Part shown: piece after piece, positions 48,001-55,891 of the stretch | Numbering within the stretch: position 1 is the stretch's first letter | Layout: each line of letters opens with the position of its first letter | Source: Bacteroidales bacterium | GTDB taxonomy: Bacteria > Bacteroidota > Bacteroidia > Bacteroidales > JAGONC01 | Reading direction: 5' to 3' | Assembly: GCA_028716265.1 (NCBI GenBank) | Contig: JAQUQD010000002.1 | Coordinates: forward strand, 6,882 to 70,881 | DNA length: 64,000 bases | Position numbers and translations under genes: made by a program | The notes under the pieces: generated by a model | Told to the model about the DNA's origin: nothing | The model's database searches: none | Seen by the model: only the letters and a program-made list of their open reading frames with translations

Positions 48001-49308
48001 CACTTTTTCGTAGTCGACACCGGAAATGAAACCAGCGGGATGAAGGTTCAGGTAGTCGCTCACCACGTTGATGTTTCTGACGGAGTTCGAGTCCAGCAGC
48101 GAGAGCAGGTTGTTGGACGTATTGGAAGGATAGCCTGAGGGATTATTACCAGGCAGGATGGAACTGTTCGCCGGAGCATATTCTCCCAGGTCGGTAAAAG
48201 CAATGATATTCCGGTTCTCTTCCACGGGTGCGCCTATGTTGGTGATCCATACTTCGAGTTTAGTGATATTGATATCGGAGGTAATCACCGGGAGGCTTGC
48301 AAGGCCCTCCTCATAATGATCACGGAAGTACTGCGCCAGGAAAAAATGTCTGTTCTCCTCATATTCATCGGCCGTGACATTATAGATGGTGGTCTGGGCA
48401 CCTCCTTCCACCGTCACGCTGGTGGTTTCGCTCTTTTGCTCAGAATATACCGCCGTCACGGTGGCACGTCCGAATTTAAGCTGTGTTTTCAAACCGAAAA
48501 GGCTCTGGCTTCCGGTGATCAGTGTACTGTTGAGGGGCAGGGTGACGTCACCGGCTTCGATCAGCTGAAGGATCTCGTCTTCTTTGCCTTCATAGCGCAG
48601 CTTCAGCTTGTTTTCAAAATCAAAGGAGGCTTCGGTGTTGTAATTGGTGTTGAATTCGATCTTGTCGCCGATCTTTGCCACCACGTTCATCTGGATCTTT
48701 TCATCGAAATCGAAGTTGGTTGTCCGTCGCTGTCTGACACTGAGGGCAGGATCCTCCCGGCGGTTGGAGAGCACCCCGAAGATCAGTTCCGCTGAACCCT
48801 GGGGCCTGATGTCGATCGTGTTGCTTCCGAAGATCCGGTCAAACGCTTCCCCTCCCAGGTGTATCTGTGGAATCAACCCTGTACGACGTGCGGAGTGTGT
48901 CGCCACGGATCGTTCGTTCCAGTATTGTTCGAGGGACTGCCGCATGTCGAATTCACGGTACTCATCGTAACTCATGGGTACCGGTGTGCGGTAATCCAGA
49001 TTGCCAATTTTTTTCCGTATGAGGTACTGATGGTTATCGTAATCATATTCCACGGAGGTGGAAACGGCTGAGGGGGTCTTCAGGTAAAGCGGATTTACGT
49101 AGGAAGGTTCTATGCCCGGATAACCTGCATCGTCATGAAACGGATATGGTAATCCTTTGCCGGTGGTGTCGCTGCCCTGAATGCTATCCGGCCGGATGAC
49201 AAACCAGGATGGAGACATGGTTTTGGCACCATCGGCTGGCATAAAATTCAAACCAAGCAACAGAATAAAAAGGGTGACTGTATATTTCACAAACCTATCT
49301 AACCGCAC
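42067..49308 (-). CDS. sprA: T9SS translocon / cell-surface protein SprA (Sov)
   Basis: 2413-aa single ORF with a signal peptide and beta-strand-rich composition throughout. Its size and position downstream of ruvA match sprA as I recall it in other Bacteroidota. The C-terminal strand ends GGISLRFTLAQ. Confidence 0.85.
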   Translation of the reverse strand: MRLDRFVKYTVTLFILLLGLNFMPADGAKTMSPSWFVIRPDSIQGSDTTGKGLPYPFHDDAGYPGIEPSYVNPLYLKTPSAVSTSVEYDYDNHQYLIRKKIGNLDYRTPVPMSYDEYREFDMRQSLEQYWNERSVATHSARRTGLIPQIHLGGEAFDRIFGSNTIDIRPQGSAELIFGVLSNRREDPALSVRQRRTTNFDFDEKIQMNVVAKIGDKIEFNTNYNTEASFDFENKLKLRYEGKEDEILQLIEAGDVTLPLNSTLITGSQSLFGLKTQLKFGRATVTAVYSEQKSETTSVTVEGGAQTTIYNVTADEYEENRHFFLAQYFRDHYEEGLASLPVITSDINITKLEVWITNIGAPVEENRNIIAFTDLGEYAPANSSILPGNNPSGYPSNTSNNLLSLLDSNSVRNINVVSDYLNLHPAGFISGVDYEKVESARKLRNNEFNFNSKLGFISLNTTLNADQVLAVAFQYTVIGIDSVFQVGELSDQGISPPGCLMVKMLKSTAISTKLPMWDLMMKNVYAIGAYQVNSNDFVLNILYSGNENSVPTGYLTEGPENIKGVPLIQVLNLDNLDPNLNPPGDGVFDYIDNAVTKGGTIQSSNGRIFFTVLEPFGSYLRRQFGDQTELADKYAYDSLYRLTKYNAQQYPEKNKFSLDGMYKSSSGSEISLNALNVPQGSVVVTAGGIPLTENVDYTVDYTLGRVRIINEGILNSGTPINISMESNKMFNIQTQRMVGAHVDYLVNQNLSLGGTILNLRERPLTQKTNYGDDPISNTLWGLDMIYEKEWGFLTTLVDKLPFFSTKAPSRVAFEGEFAQFLPGHSKAIGQAGTSYIDDFEGAKSTIDMKNYITWFMSSTPQDPFRFPEGTLNNNLQYGYNRALLAWYIIDPLFYQESGTLRPPNINKDELSNHYVRYVPEREVFPNVDPPNNQPVNLAVFNLAYYPSLRGPYNYDVEPTSYSSGINSDGTLKDPGSRWAGIMRKIETTDFESTNVEYIEFWLMDPFAEGSPNSGKGGKLIFHLGDISEDLLKDSRKSYENGLPIDEEVKNVDTTNWGRVPSLQALVNSFDNTTGSRPYQDVGYDGLRTVDERTFFEGSYLNRILNLFNTTNTPAYENAYNDPSADDYHYFRGSDFDNNAKYESILERYKRFSQPDGNSPSDQQNQENYPTSATQLPNVEDINNDNTLNETERYYEYVVNIDSTSLEVGENYITDRRDVYNIELENGKKSNITWYQFKIPVTSPERVIGNIQDFQSIRFMRMLLSEFDEDIVLRFATLELVRGEWRRYKYNLLYPGEYIPDDIQNQTSFDISTVSYEENGDRNPIPYVIPPGIEREINLATTNLQQLNEQAMVLDICNIIDGDARAAYKTTAFDIRQYKRLKMFIHAEDSDPNQTMKDGDLTLFIRLGADFTENYYEYEIPLKLTPWYTTDPDLIWPEENRLDLELQKLVDAKMQRNDAIDNGQLLSTLQPFVVWDGDRKITIQGTPSISDVKAMMIGIRNPKKTGLTDQDDGLPKCAEIWINELRLTDFDDKAGWAATGRLSANLADLGNVMVGGLHSTPGFGSIEKKVSERKKETTTQLDIATNIDIGKFFPEKTGIRIPMHFDYSQVSSNPQYNPLDPDILYKEEIKNLSSQEKDSLKVRSQTFTKRKNLNFVNVRKERVGMGKKAQFWDIENFNFTYSYQEIFNRSPDIDYDQLKRHRGGFGYTYSIEPKNISPFSGIKSKYLALIKDFNLYLSPRLLSYRTEMDRQYSEKKLRNKSLALIIIEPTYVKKWDWIRAFDFKYDLTRSLRFDYSSTTNAFIFEPSGRIDKESPDWDDYKQKVWDEIGKFGSRNTFNHTYNLNYNVPINKLPLLDWITLMVRYSGTYRWTASAKSVQATYGNSIANSSILQLNPTIRMSTLYNKVGFIKKIDQKSRQPQRQQKKPATPDEKDEGIEDGSDTTKTKPKINYAKIIGVGLVKLLTSVKDINVNYGLDNSTTFPGFVPEPNLFGVNLKKMAPGFGFVFGSQKDIRYKAVDEQWITSSPLLNLPYSTQKSTDLTYRINVEPFRDFRLEVTGEWNQMFGHEEYFKADTFGFFNSFSQVDRGSFSMSYWMLKTAFTKDDKNNVSPVFEQFLDNRKEIAFRLAEENPNWNGAVVDSTGYPKGYGPSSPAVLTPAFLAAYADIPSSKIFLDAFPVIPYPNWRLTYNGLNRIESLRKIIRNASISSTYRSIYSITSFVTNLDYSEDPNFPGYPSTLDASGNYVPEYRIEQITINEQFSPLITLDFTWMNNLLTRFELRKSRNLSLSFVNNQLTEVTSNEVIVGLGYRIMDVEFMISSLGGGGKKTRMKSDLNLKVDFSIKSNKTILRRIDEVYNLVSTGQKIFSLNSSADYNINQQLAIRLYLETTINNPYTSNQFKNSTTRGGISLRFTLAQ

Positions 49309-49350
49309 AAAACAACGATATCATTTGGTCATACAATGAAAACACTGATT

Positions 49351-49953
49351 TTACAACAACTTGAGGGCCTGCCGGATCAATTCTTCGACCGGCATTGTTT
49401 TGGGCTTTCCAAGGTTCAACCGGGGATCGTTTAAAATTTTATCCAATGTCTTGTCAGCCAATTTCTTGTTGAAGCCCAGCATGATCAATCCTGATAACGC
49501 AGCATCCCTGTTGGTATTGTACGCATAATCCATTATTTCTTTGCCTGTTTCCCCTCTGGAGAGCTTATCTTTCAGATCGACCACGATCCGCTGCGCAGTT
49601 TTCGTTCCGATTCCTTTAATGGACTGCAGAAGAGCGATATGATTACTGACAATGGCATCGGTGAGCTCGGCCGTGGAAAGGGAAGAAAGGATTAGTCGCG
49701 CCGTGTTGGCGCCAATCCCTGACACGGTGATCAGTTCGCGGAACAGACGGCGTTCTTCCTGATCCCAGAATCCGTAGAGCAGCAGTGCATCTTCACGCAC
49801 TACCAGGTGGGTGTAAAGCCTGCACTCGTTCAGATCCTTGATGTTGGAATAGGTCTGGAGGGATATGTTCAGAAAATAACCGATTCCATGACTTTCCAGA
49901 ACAACATAGGCAGGAGATGCATCCGTCACTCTTCCTTCTATAAAGGCGTACAT
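49351..49953 (-). CDS. ruvA: Holliday junction branch-migration complex subunit RuvA
   Basis: 200 aa. Motifs: MYAFIEGRV, GIGYFLNISLQTY, LITVSGIGANTARLILS, IKGIGTKTAQRIVVDLKDK (HhH pairs). Confidence 0.95.
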   Translation of the reverse strand: MYAFIEGRVTDASPAYVVLESHGIGYFLNISLQTYSNIKDLNECRLYTHLVVREDALLLYGFWDQEERRLFRELITVSGIGANTARLILSSLSTAELTDAIVSNHIALLQSIKGIGTKTAQRIVVDLKDKLSRGETGKEIMDYAYNTNRDAALSGLIMLGFNKKLADKTLDKILNDPRLNLGKPKTMPVEELIRQALKLL

Positions 49954-49988
49954 AGATTGAATTTCAGTCCGTTGGCGAAAACAGGGTG

Positions 49989-49996
49989 CAAAAATA
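49989..49996 (-). promoter_or_regulatory. putative -7 box (TATTTTTG on minus strand) for ruvA-sprA
   Basis: Plus strand caaaaata, 35 nt upstream of the ruvA ATG at 49953. Confidence 0.45.
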
Positions 49997-50107
49997 CAAT
50001 TTTTATTGAATCAACAACACGGATCACTCATCCGCCAACAGCATTGCGAGTGATTCTTTCGGGAATAAAAAAATGTGGACTGTTTGAATGCACAACCGAA
50101 ATGTTTG

Positions 50108-50115
50108 TAGTTTTG
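50108..50115 (+). promoter_or_regulatory. putative -7 box (TAGTTTTG) with an upstream TTTG (-33-like) for maeB
   Basis: TAGTTTTG lies 32 nt upstream of ATG 50148. TTTG at 50083-50086 sits 21 nt upstream of the box, matching the Bacteroides -33/-7 spacing as I recall it. Confidence 0.5.
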
Positions 50116-50147
50116 TGTTAATTTATTAACAATAAAACATCGAATCT

Positions 50148-52442
50148 ATGGATCCCAAAATTCGCAAAGATGCATTGTCGTATCATATGCTTGGAAGGCC
50201 AGGAAAGCTGGAGGTTATTCCTACAAAACCGTATTCGACTCAACGTGATCTGTCGTTGGCTTATACCCCGGGTGTAGCTGAGCCCTGTCTGGAGATACAG
50301 AAAAACCCGGACGATATCTATAAATACACAGCGAAAGGTAACCTGGTGGCCGTTATCTCGAATGGTACGGCGGTGCTGGGCCTGGGCGATATCGGGGCCG
50401 ACGCGGGCAAACCGGTCATGGAAGGGAAAGGGCTCCTTTTCAAGGTTTTTGCTGACATCGATGTTTTTGACATAGAGATCGACACAAAAGACATTGACAA
50501 GTTTGTGGAAGCAGTGATCCTGATTGCTCCAACCTTTGGCGGCATCAACCTGGAAGATGTAAAAGCACCGGAGTGTTTCGAGATCGAGGACCGGATCAAA
50601 GAAGCGCTGGATATACCTGTGATGCACGATGACCAGCATGGCACGGCCATCATCACCTCTGCCGGGCTGTTGAATGCCGTTGAGCTTACAGGCAAGAACC
50701 TCTCTGATGTGAAAATCGTCATCAACGGTGCGGGGGCTGCCGCCATTTCCTGTACACGTCTTTACATCAAACTGGGGGTTAAAAGAGAGAACATTATCAT
50801 GTTCGACAGCAAGGGTGTTCTGCATAAGGACCGCAGGGACCTGAACAAGATAAAACAGCAATTCACCACTGACCTGAACATTCATTCACTTGAAGAGGCA
50901 CTTGTCGGAGCGGACATGTTCCTGGGATTATCCGTTGCAGGGGTGCTGAAGAAAGAGTACCTGAAAAAGATGGCCCCCCATCCGATCGTCTTTGCCCTGG
51001 CCAATCCGGTACCGGAGATCCTGTATGATGAAGCCTGTTCAACGCGGGATGATATCATCATGGCCACAGGGCGTTCCGATTACCCGAACCAGGTGAACAA
51101 TGTGCTGGGATTCCCCTTCATTTTCAGGGGTGCCATGGATGTCAGGGCCACCAAGATCAACGACGAAATGAAACTGGCTGCTGCAAAGGCGCTTGCCGAC
51201 CTGGCAAAGGAGCCCGTACCCGAGGAGGTGAACCTGGCCTACCATGCTCACAATCTGAGCTTTGGCAAGGATTATATCATACCAAAGGCGCTGGATCCGC
51301 GTCTGATCATGCGGGTCGCACCCGCTGTTGCGAAAGCGGCCATGGAAAGCGGAGTTGCTCGTCAACCAATCACCGATTGGGATGCCTATCTTGATGAGCT
51401 GGGTAAACGGCTGGGGTTTGCCAACCCCGTGATAAGGCATATCAAGGGCAAAGCGAAAAAAGATCCCAAGCGGGTGGTCTTCGCCGAAGCGGAGAACTAT
51501 AAGATCCTGAAAGCAGCTGAGATCGTGGTATCTGAAGAACTGGCCCATCCGATCCTTCTGGGTGACCGTCAGGTCATCGAAAAAATCATCGAAGAAAATG
51601 CACTAGACCTGCGTGATATCGAGATCATCAATCCAAAGGCACCAGAAGAGAGCGAACGGCTGGAGAAGTTTGCACTAAATTATTTTCAGAAGATGCAACG
51701 CAGGGGTGTAACCCTGAACGTTGCCCGGGAGATAATGCATCACCGTAACTATTTCGCTCCCATGCTGGTCGAACACGGTTACGCCGACGCCATGATCTCG
51801 GGCCTGACCCGAAACTACCCCGACACCCTGAACCCTGTACTCGACATTATCGGAAAGAAACAGGGAGCCGAACTGGTTTCGGGAATGTATATCATCAATG
51901 CAAAAGAACAACCCTATTTCTTTGCAGATTGTACGGTGAATAAAAATCCGACCAAGGAGCAGCTGATCGAGATTACCCTGCAAACGATCTATGCTGTGCA
52001 ACAACTCAACATCACTCCAAGAGTGGCTTTTGTATCGTATTCAAATTTCGGTTCCAACACAGGAAGGATCCCGATCATGCAACGGGAAGCGATTGAAATC
52101 CTCCACAGGGATTATCCCGATCTGATCGTGGATGGTGAAATGCAGGCCAATTACGCCTTGAACAACGAAATCCTGAAGGAGGACTTCCCGTTTTCAAAAC
52201 TGGTCAGCGGACCTGCCAACATACTCATTTTCCCGTACCTGACTGCCGGGAACATTGCCTATAAACTGATGCAGGAAATCGGGAAATTTGAAGTGATCGG
52301 GCCCATCCTTAACGGGCTTAGAAAGTCGGTCCATATTTTGCAAATGGGGACATCGGTATCCGAGATTGTAAATATGGTGACCGTTGCCGTTGTTGATGCA
52401 CAATGTGTCGAACAAGCCGAAAAAGGTCAGAAAAAATGCTAA
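50148..52442 (+). CDS. maeB: NADP-dependent malic enzyme with C-terminal phosphotransacetylase-like domain
   Basis: 764 aa. Motifs: YTPGVAEPC, ISNGTAVLGLGDIGA, INLEDVKAPECF, NGAGAAAISC. The PTA-like C-terminal half follows the E. coli MaeB architecture. Confidence 0.9.
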   Translation: MDPKIRKDALSYHMLGRPGKLEVIPTKPYSTQRDLSLAYTPGVAEPCLEIQKNPDDIYKYTAKGNLVAVISNGTAVLGLGDIGADAGKPVMEGKGLLFKVFADIDVFDIEIDTKDIDKFVEAVILIAPTFGGINLEDVKAPECFEIEDRIKEALDIPVMHDDQHGTAIITSAGLLNAVELTGKNLSDVKIVINGAGAAAISCTRLYIKLGVKRENIIMFDSKGVLHKDRRDLNKIKQQFTTDLNIHSLEEALVGADMFLGLSVAGVLKKEYLKKMAPHPIVFALANPVPEILYDEACSTRDDIIMATGRSDYPNQVNNVLGFPFIFRGAMDVRATKINDEMKLAAAKALADLAKEPVPEEVNLAYHAHNLSFGKDYIIPKALDPRLIMRVAPAVAKAAMESGVARQPITDWDAYLDELGKRLGFANPVIRHIKGKAKKDPKRVVFAEAENYKILKAAEIVVSEELAHPILLGDRQVIEKIIEENALDLRDIEIINPKAPEESERLEKFALNYFQKMQRRGVTLNVAREIMHHRNYFAPMLVEHGYADAMISGLTRNYPDTLNPVLDIIGKKQGAELVSGMYIINAKEQPYFFADCTVNKNPTKEQLIEITLQTIYAVQQLNITPRVAFVSYSNFGSNTGRIPIMQREAIEILHRDYPDLIVDGEMQANYALNNEILKEDFPFSKLVSGPANILIFPYLTAGNIAYKLMQEIGKFEVIGPILNGLRKSVHILQMGTSVSEIVNMVTVAVVDAQCVEQAEKGQKKC

Positions 52443-52444
52443 AT

Positions 52445-52482
52445 ATCCTATGAATTTACCTATATTTGTTCGTTCATAGGAT
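52445..52482 (+). terminator. 10-bp hairpin after maeB (weak terminator candidate)
   Basis: atcctatgaa (52445-52454) pairs with ttcataggat (52473-52482). The 18-nt loop contains the putative mdh -7 box. No T-run follows. Confidence 0.25.
52461..52468 (+). promoter_or_regulatory. putative -7 box (TATATTTG) for mdh
   Basis: Exact TAnnTTTG match, 68 nt upstream of ATG 52537. Confidence 0.4.
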
Positions 52483-52536
52483 TTCGCGGGTTTATCCCCT
52501 GAACAGCTGTATTTCAAACCTTAATCTCATCTCTTT

Positions 52537-53487
52537 ATGGATAAAATCAGCATCATCGGTGCCGGTAATGTAGGTGCTACGGTAGCGAATGTGATTGCGC
52601 ACAAGGATCTCACAAGGGAGGTGGTCCTGGTGGATATTAAACAGGGAATGGCGGAGGGGAAAGCCCTGGATATCTGGCAGACATCTTCCATCATGGACTT
52701 TAACACGCGTGTGGTCGGTGTGACCAATGATTATATCCGGACGAAAGGTTCTGGGGTGGTGGTCATCACATCAGGTCTTCCGCGTAAGCCGGGAATGTCG
52801 CGTGATGACCTCATCAAGACCAATGCGGTCATTGTCAAGGAAGTGACGGAAAAAGCCGTTAAATACTCGCCGGAGGCGATCATCATCGTGGTTTCGAATC
52901 CCCTGGATGTAATGACCTATTGCGCCTACCTTGCAGCCAACAAACCTCCGCAGAGGGTGTTCGGAATGGCCGGCATTCTGGATACAGGCCGTTACAGGGC
53001 ATTCGTCGCAGAAGCACTGAATTTTTCACCGAAAGATATCCTGTCGCTCTCCCTGGGTGGCCACGGCGACCATATGGTACCCCTGCCGCGGTATACTTCC
53101 GTGAACGGGATTCCAATAGAACAATTGCTCGACAGGGACACCATCAACAGGATCGTTGAAAGGACAAGGAAGGGCGGCGGAGAGGTAGTTGAACTGCTGG
53201 GGACATCGGCATGGTACGCACCAGGAGCCGCGGCAGCCCAGATGGTGGAGGCCATTGTGGACGACCAAAAAAGGATCTTCCCCTGCTGCGCCTACCTCCA
53301 GGGTGAATACGGATTGAAAGATATTTATATGGGCGTTCCCGTGATGCTGGGGAAACATGGCGTGGAACGGATCATCGAGATTGAGCTCAACAAGGAAGAG
53401 AAAGCCTTGTTGATGGAGTCGGCCAACTCGGTCAAACAGGTGATGGATGTGCTCGACAATATGAAGTTGTTTGAATACAATGAATGA
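52537..53487 (+). CDS. mdh: malate dehydrogenase (LDH-like MDH family)
   Basis: 316 aa. Motifs: KISIIGAGNVGAT, ITSGLPRKPGMSRDDL, VSNPLD, GGHGDHMVP. Confidence 0.95.
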   Translation: MDKISIIGAGNVGATVANVIAHKDLTREVVLVDIKQGMAEGKALDIWQTSSIMDFNTRVVGVTNDYIRTKGSGVVVITSGLPRKPGMSRDDLIKTNAVIVKEVTEKAVKYSPEAIIIVVSNPLDVMTYCAYLAANKPPQRVFGMAGILDTGRYRAFVAEALNFSPKDILSLSLGGHGDHMVPLPRYTSVNGIPIEQLLDRDTINRIVERTRKGGGEVVELLGTSAWYAPGAAAAQMVEAIVDDQKRIFPCCAYLQGEYGLKDIYMGVPVMLGKHGVERIIEIELNKEEKALLMESANSVKQVMDVLDNMKLFEYNE

Positions 53488-54194
53488 AAACCCTTGTTGT
53501 TTTAACGGGCGCCGGTATCAGCGCCGAAAGCGGCCTGCACACCTTCAGAGACCAGGGGGGACTCTGGCATAATTACCGTATTGAAGATGTAGCCACTCCT
53601 GAGGCCTGGCAGCAGGATCCAACCAGGGTACTGGCATTCTATAACGAGAGGCGTAAGCAACTCATTGAAGCAAAGCCCAATAATGCGCATTTAGCCCTGG
53701 CAGCCCTTGAAAAAAAATACGTTGTCAGGATCATCACCCAGAATATCGACGACCTGCATGAGCGCGGCGGCTCCACCCATATTTTGCATCTTCACGGAGA
53801 GTTAAGGAAGGCAAGAAGCACGGCTGATCCTGACCTTGTGTATGACATCAGCGGGTGGGAACTGAACATGGGAGACCTTTGCGAGAAAGGATCCCAGCTG
53901 AGGCCCCATGTAGTCTGGTTTGGAGAGGCGGTGCCACTCATCGAAGATGCTTCGGAAATAGTGTCGTCTGCTGATCTGCTGATGATCATCGGCACATCCA
54001 TGGTCGTTTACCCCGCAGCCGGCCTGGTGAATTATGCCAGGTACGGCATTCCCATCTATTACATTGATCCTCAGCCTAGTCCCATACGCTGGCTGAAAAA
54101 TGTTACGGTCATCCCCCGTAAAGCAGGCGACGGCGTGCCGGCACTGGTAAAAGAACTTCTTGAGAATAAAGAACAATGCAATGAACCAGAATGA
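53484..54194 (+). CDS. cobB: NAD-dependent protein deacylase (Sir2/CobB family)
   Basis: 236 aa. Motifs: LTGAGISAESGLHTFRD, ITQNIDDLHERGG, HLHGEL, IGTSMVVYPAAG. The start overlaps the mdh stop (ATGA). Confidence 0.85.
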   Translation: MKTLVVLTGAGISAESGLHTFRDQGGLWHNYRIEDVATPEAWQQDPTRVLAFYNERRKQLIEAKPNNAHLALAALEKKYVVRIITQNIDDLHERGGSTHILHLHGELRKARSTADPDLVYDISGWELNMGDLCEKGSQLRPHVVWFGEAVPLIEDASEIVSSADLLMIIGTSMVVYPAAGLVNYARYGIPIYYIDPQPSPIRWLKNVTVIPRKAGDGVPALVKELLENKEQCNEPE

Positions 54195-54651
54195 AGATAA
54201 AAAGTACCGGGAAATACTGCAACGAACCCAGTCGTTCTGTGCAAGGGACGAAAAATGCCTCAGGCAGGTCAGGCAGAAGCTGACCTTCTGGGGTGCAACA
54301 GCCTCCCAGGCAGAGGATATCCTGCAGTATTTAACGGATGAGAACTTCATCAACGAAGAGCGTTTTGCCAGGGAATTCGCCAGGGGAAAATTCCGGATCA
54401 ACAAATGGGGTAAGGTGAAAATAGCCATCGAACTGATGCGTTTACATATTCCTGAAGAATCGATCCGGAACGGACTGGATGCGATCGATCCGGATGACTA
54501 TGTTTCCCAGCTGAGAAAGATCCTTCTCCAGCGTTCAAAATCACTGAATGAATCAAATCCTGAGGTTGCCAGAAAGAAATTGGCTACCTTTGCCCTGGGG
54601 AAGGGATTTGAGGGAGAGTTGGTATGGGGAGTTGTGAGAGAGGAATTTTGA
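54181..54651 (+). CDS. recX: recombination regulator RecX
   Basis: ORF 54160-54651 trimmed to MNQNEDKKY. It shows the three-helix-repeat pattern (FCARDEKCLRQVRQKL, YLTDENFINEERFAREFARGKFRINKWGKVKI). It overlaps the cobB end by 14 nt. Confidence 0.8.
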   Translation: MNQNEDKKYREILQRTQSFCARDEKCLRQVRQKLTFWGATASQAEDILQYLTDENFINEERFAREFARGKFRINKWGKVKIAIELMRLHIPEESIRNGLDAIDPDDYVSQLRKILLQRSKSLNESNPEVARKKLATFALGKGFEGELVWGVVREEF

Positions 54652-54670
54652 GAGGAGAGAGGAGAAATAG
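54650..54670 (+). repeat. GARAGGA-family heptamer array, 3 units, overlapping the recX stop codon
   Basis: Reads T-GAGAGGA GAGAGGA GAAATAG. The recX TGA (54649-54651) overlaps the first unit. It shares the 15-mer gagaggagaaataga with the array at 57275-57302. Confidence 0.85.
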
Positions 54671-54698
54671 ATATACGAAGTTTAAGGAATAAAGAATC

Positions 54699-55776
54699 AT
54701 GGTTACGATAGAACAGATCAAAGAGCTAGAGAAGAGGCTGGAAGCCCTGAGGAGGTATCTTTGACATTGATGTCAAGAAATTGCAGACCAAAGAAGAAGA
54801 AAAACTAACGCATGAGCCTGATTTCTGGGAGGATCCCAAAATGGCAGAGGCTGTTTTGAGATCCATCCGGGATAAAAAAGAATGGACGCTTGCCTTCGAC
54901 AGAACCAAGGCTCATTTTGATGATCTGATGGTCATCTATGAATTCTTTGAAGCAGGTGAGAGCACGGAGAGCGAACTGGATGCTCAGTATACCACATGCT
55001 TGAAAGCCATTGATGACATGGAATTCATGAAAATGCTCAGCGGGGAGGAAGACCGGCTCAATGCCATTTTGTCGATCAACCCCGGGGCAGGAGGAACTGA
55101 AAGTCAGGACTGGGCGCAGATGCTCATGCGCATGTACATCCGGTGGGGAGAACGGCATAACTACAAGATCAAGGAACTGGACTACCAGGAAGGTGATGTG
55201 GCAGGGCTGAAATCGGTTTCCATTGAATTTGACGGAGAATTTGCCTACGGCTATCTCAAGGGGGAGAATGGCGTCCACCGTCTTGTCAGGATCTCCCCTT
55301 TTGATTCGAACAGCCGTCGGCACACTTCATTTGCATCGGTGTATGCCTATCCCGTTGTGGATGAGAATATCCAGATAGACATCAATCCGGCTGACATCAC
55401 ATGGGATTTTTTCCGGTCAAGCGGACCAGGAGGGCAAAATGTGAATAAAGTCGAAACGGCGGTCAGGCTCAGGCATAAAAGCGGGATCATCATCGAATGT
55501 CAGGAAACCCGCTCTCAGCTTCAGAATAAAGATAAAGCCCTCCAGATGCTTCGCTCACAGCTTTATGAGATCGAACTGAGGAAGAAAAAGGAGGAACAGG
55601 CCAAAATCGAGGGATCAAAAAAGAAGATCGAATGGGGTTCTCAGATCCGGAGCTATGTGATGCAACCATATAAACTGGTGAAAGATCTGCGCACCGGGTA
55701 TGAAACAGGCAATGTCCAGGCAGTCATGGATGGCGAGATTGATGAGTTCATCAAGGCGTACCTGATGGAGTTCTAG
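54699..55776 (+). CDS. prfB: peptide chain release factor 2, requires programmed +1 frameshift at 54762
   Basis: Frame 0 runs from ATG 54699 and encodes MVTIEQIKELEKRLEALRRYL, then TGA at 54762-54764. The +1 frame from 54763 joins ORF 54781-55776, which carries the SPF-type region, GGQNVNKVETAV (GGQ motif) and other RF2 core motifs. Confidence 0.9.
54750..54765 (+). promoter_or_regulatory. RF2 autoregulatory +1 frameshift site
   Basis: AGGAGG TAT CTT TGA C: an SD-like AGGAGG 3 nt upstream of the slippery CTT followed by the in-frame TGA-C. This is nearly identical to the E. coli prfB site AGGGGG TAT CTT TGA C. Confidence 0.9.
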
Positions 55777-55804
55777 AACAGTCGGCTGTCGGCAAAAGGC
55801 AGAA

Positions 55805-55876
55805 GAACAATTGAACAAATGAACAATTTAACAATTTGACAATTTAACAGTTTAACAGTTTAACAGTTTAACAATT
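55805..55876 (+). repeat. tandem array of 9 units of an 8-nt word (GAACAATT / TAACAATT / TAACAGTT)
   Basis: Units are gaacaatt gaacaaat gaacaatt taacaatt tgacaatt taacagtt taacagtt taacagtt taacaatt, in perfect 8-nt register. The array ends 15 nt upstream of the fumC ATG. It is preceded by gtcggct gtcggca (55781-55794). Confidence 0.95.
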
Positions 55877-55891
55877 GAATCAGGATTTATC

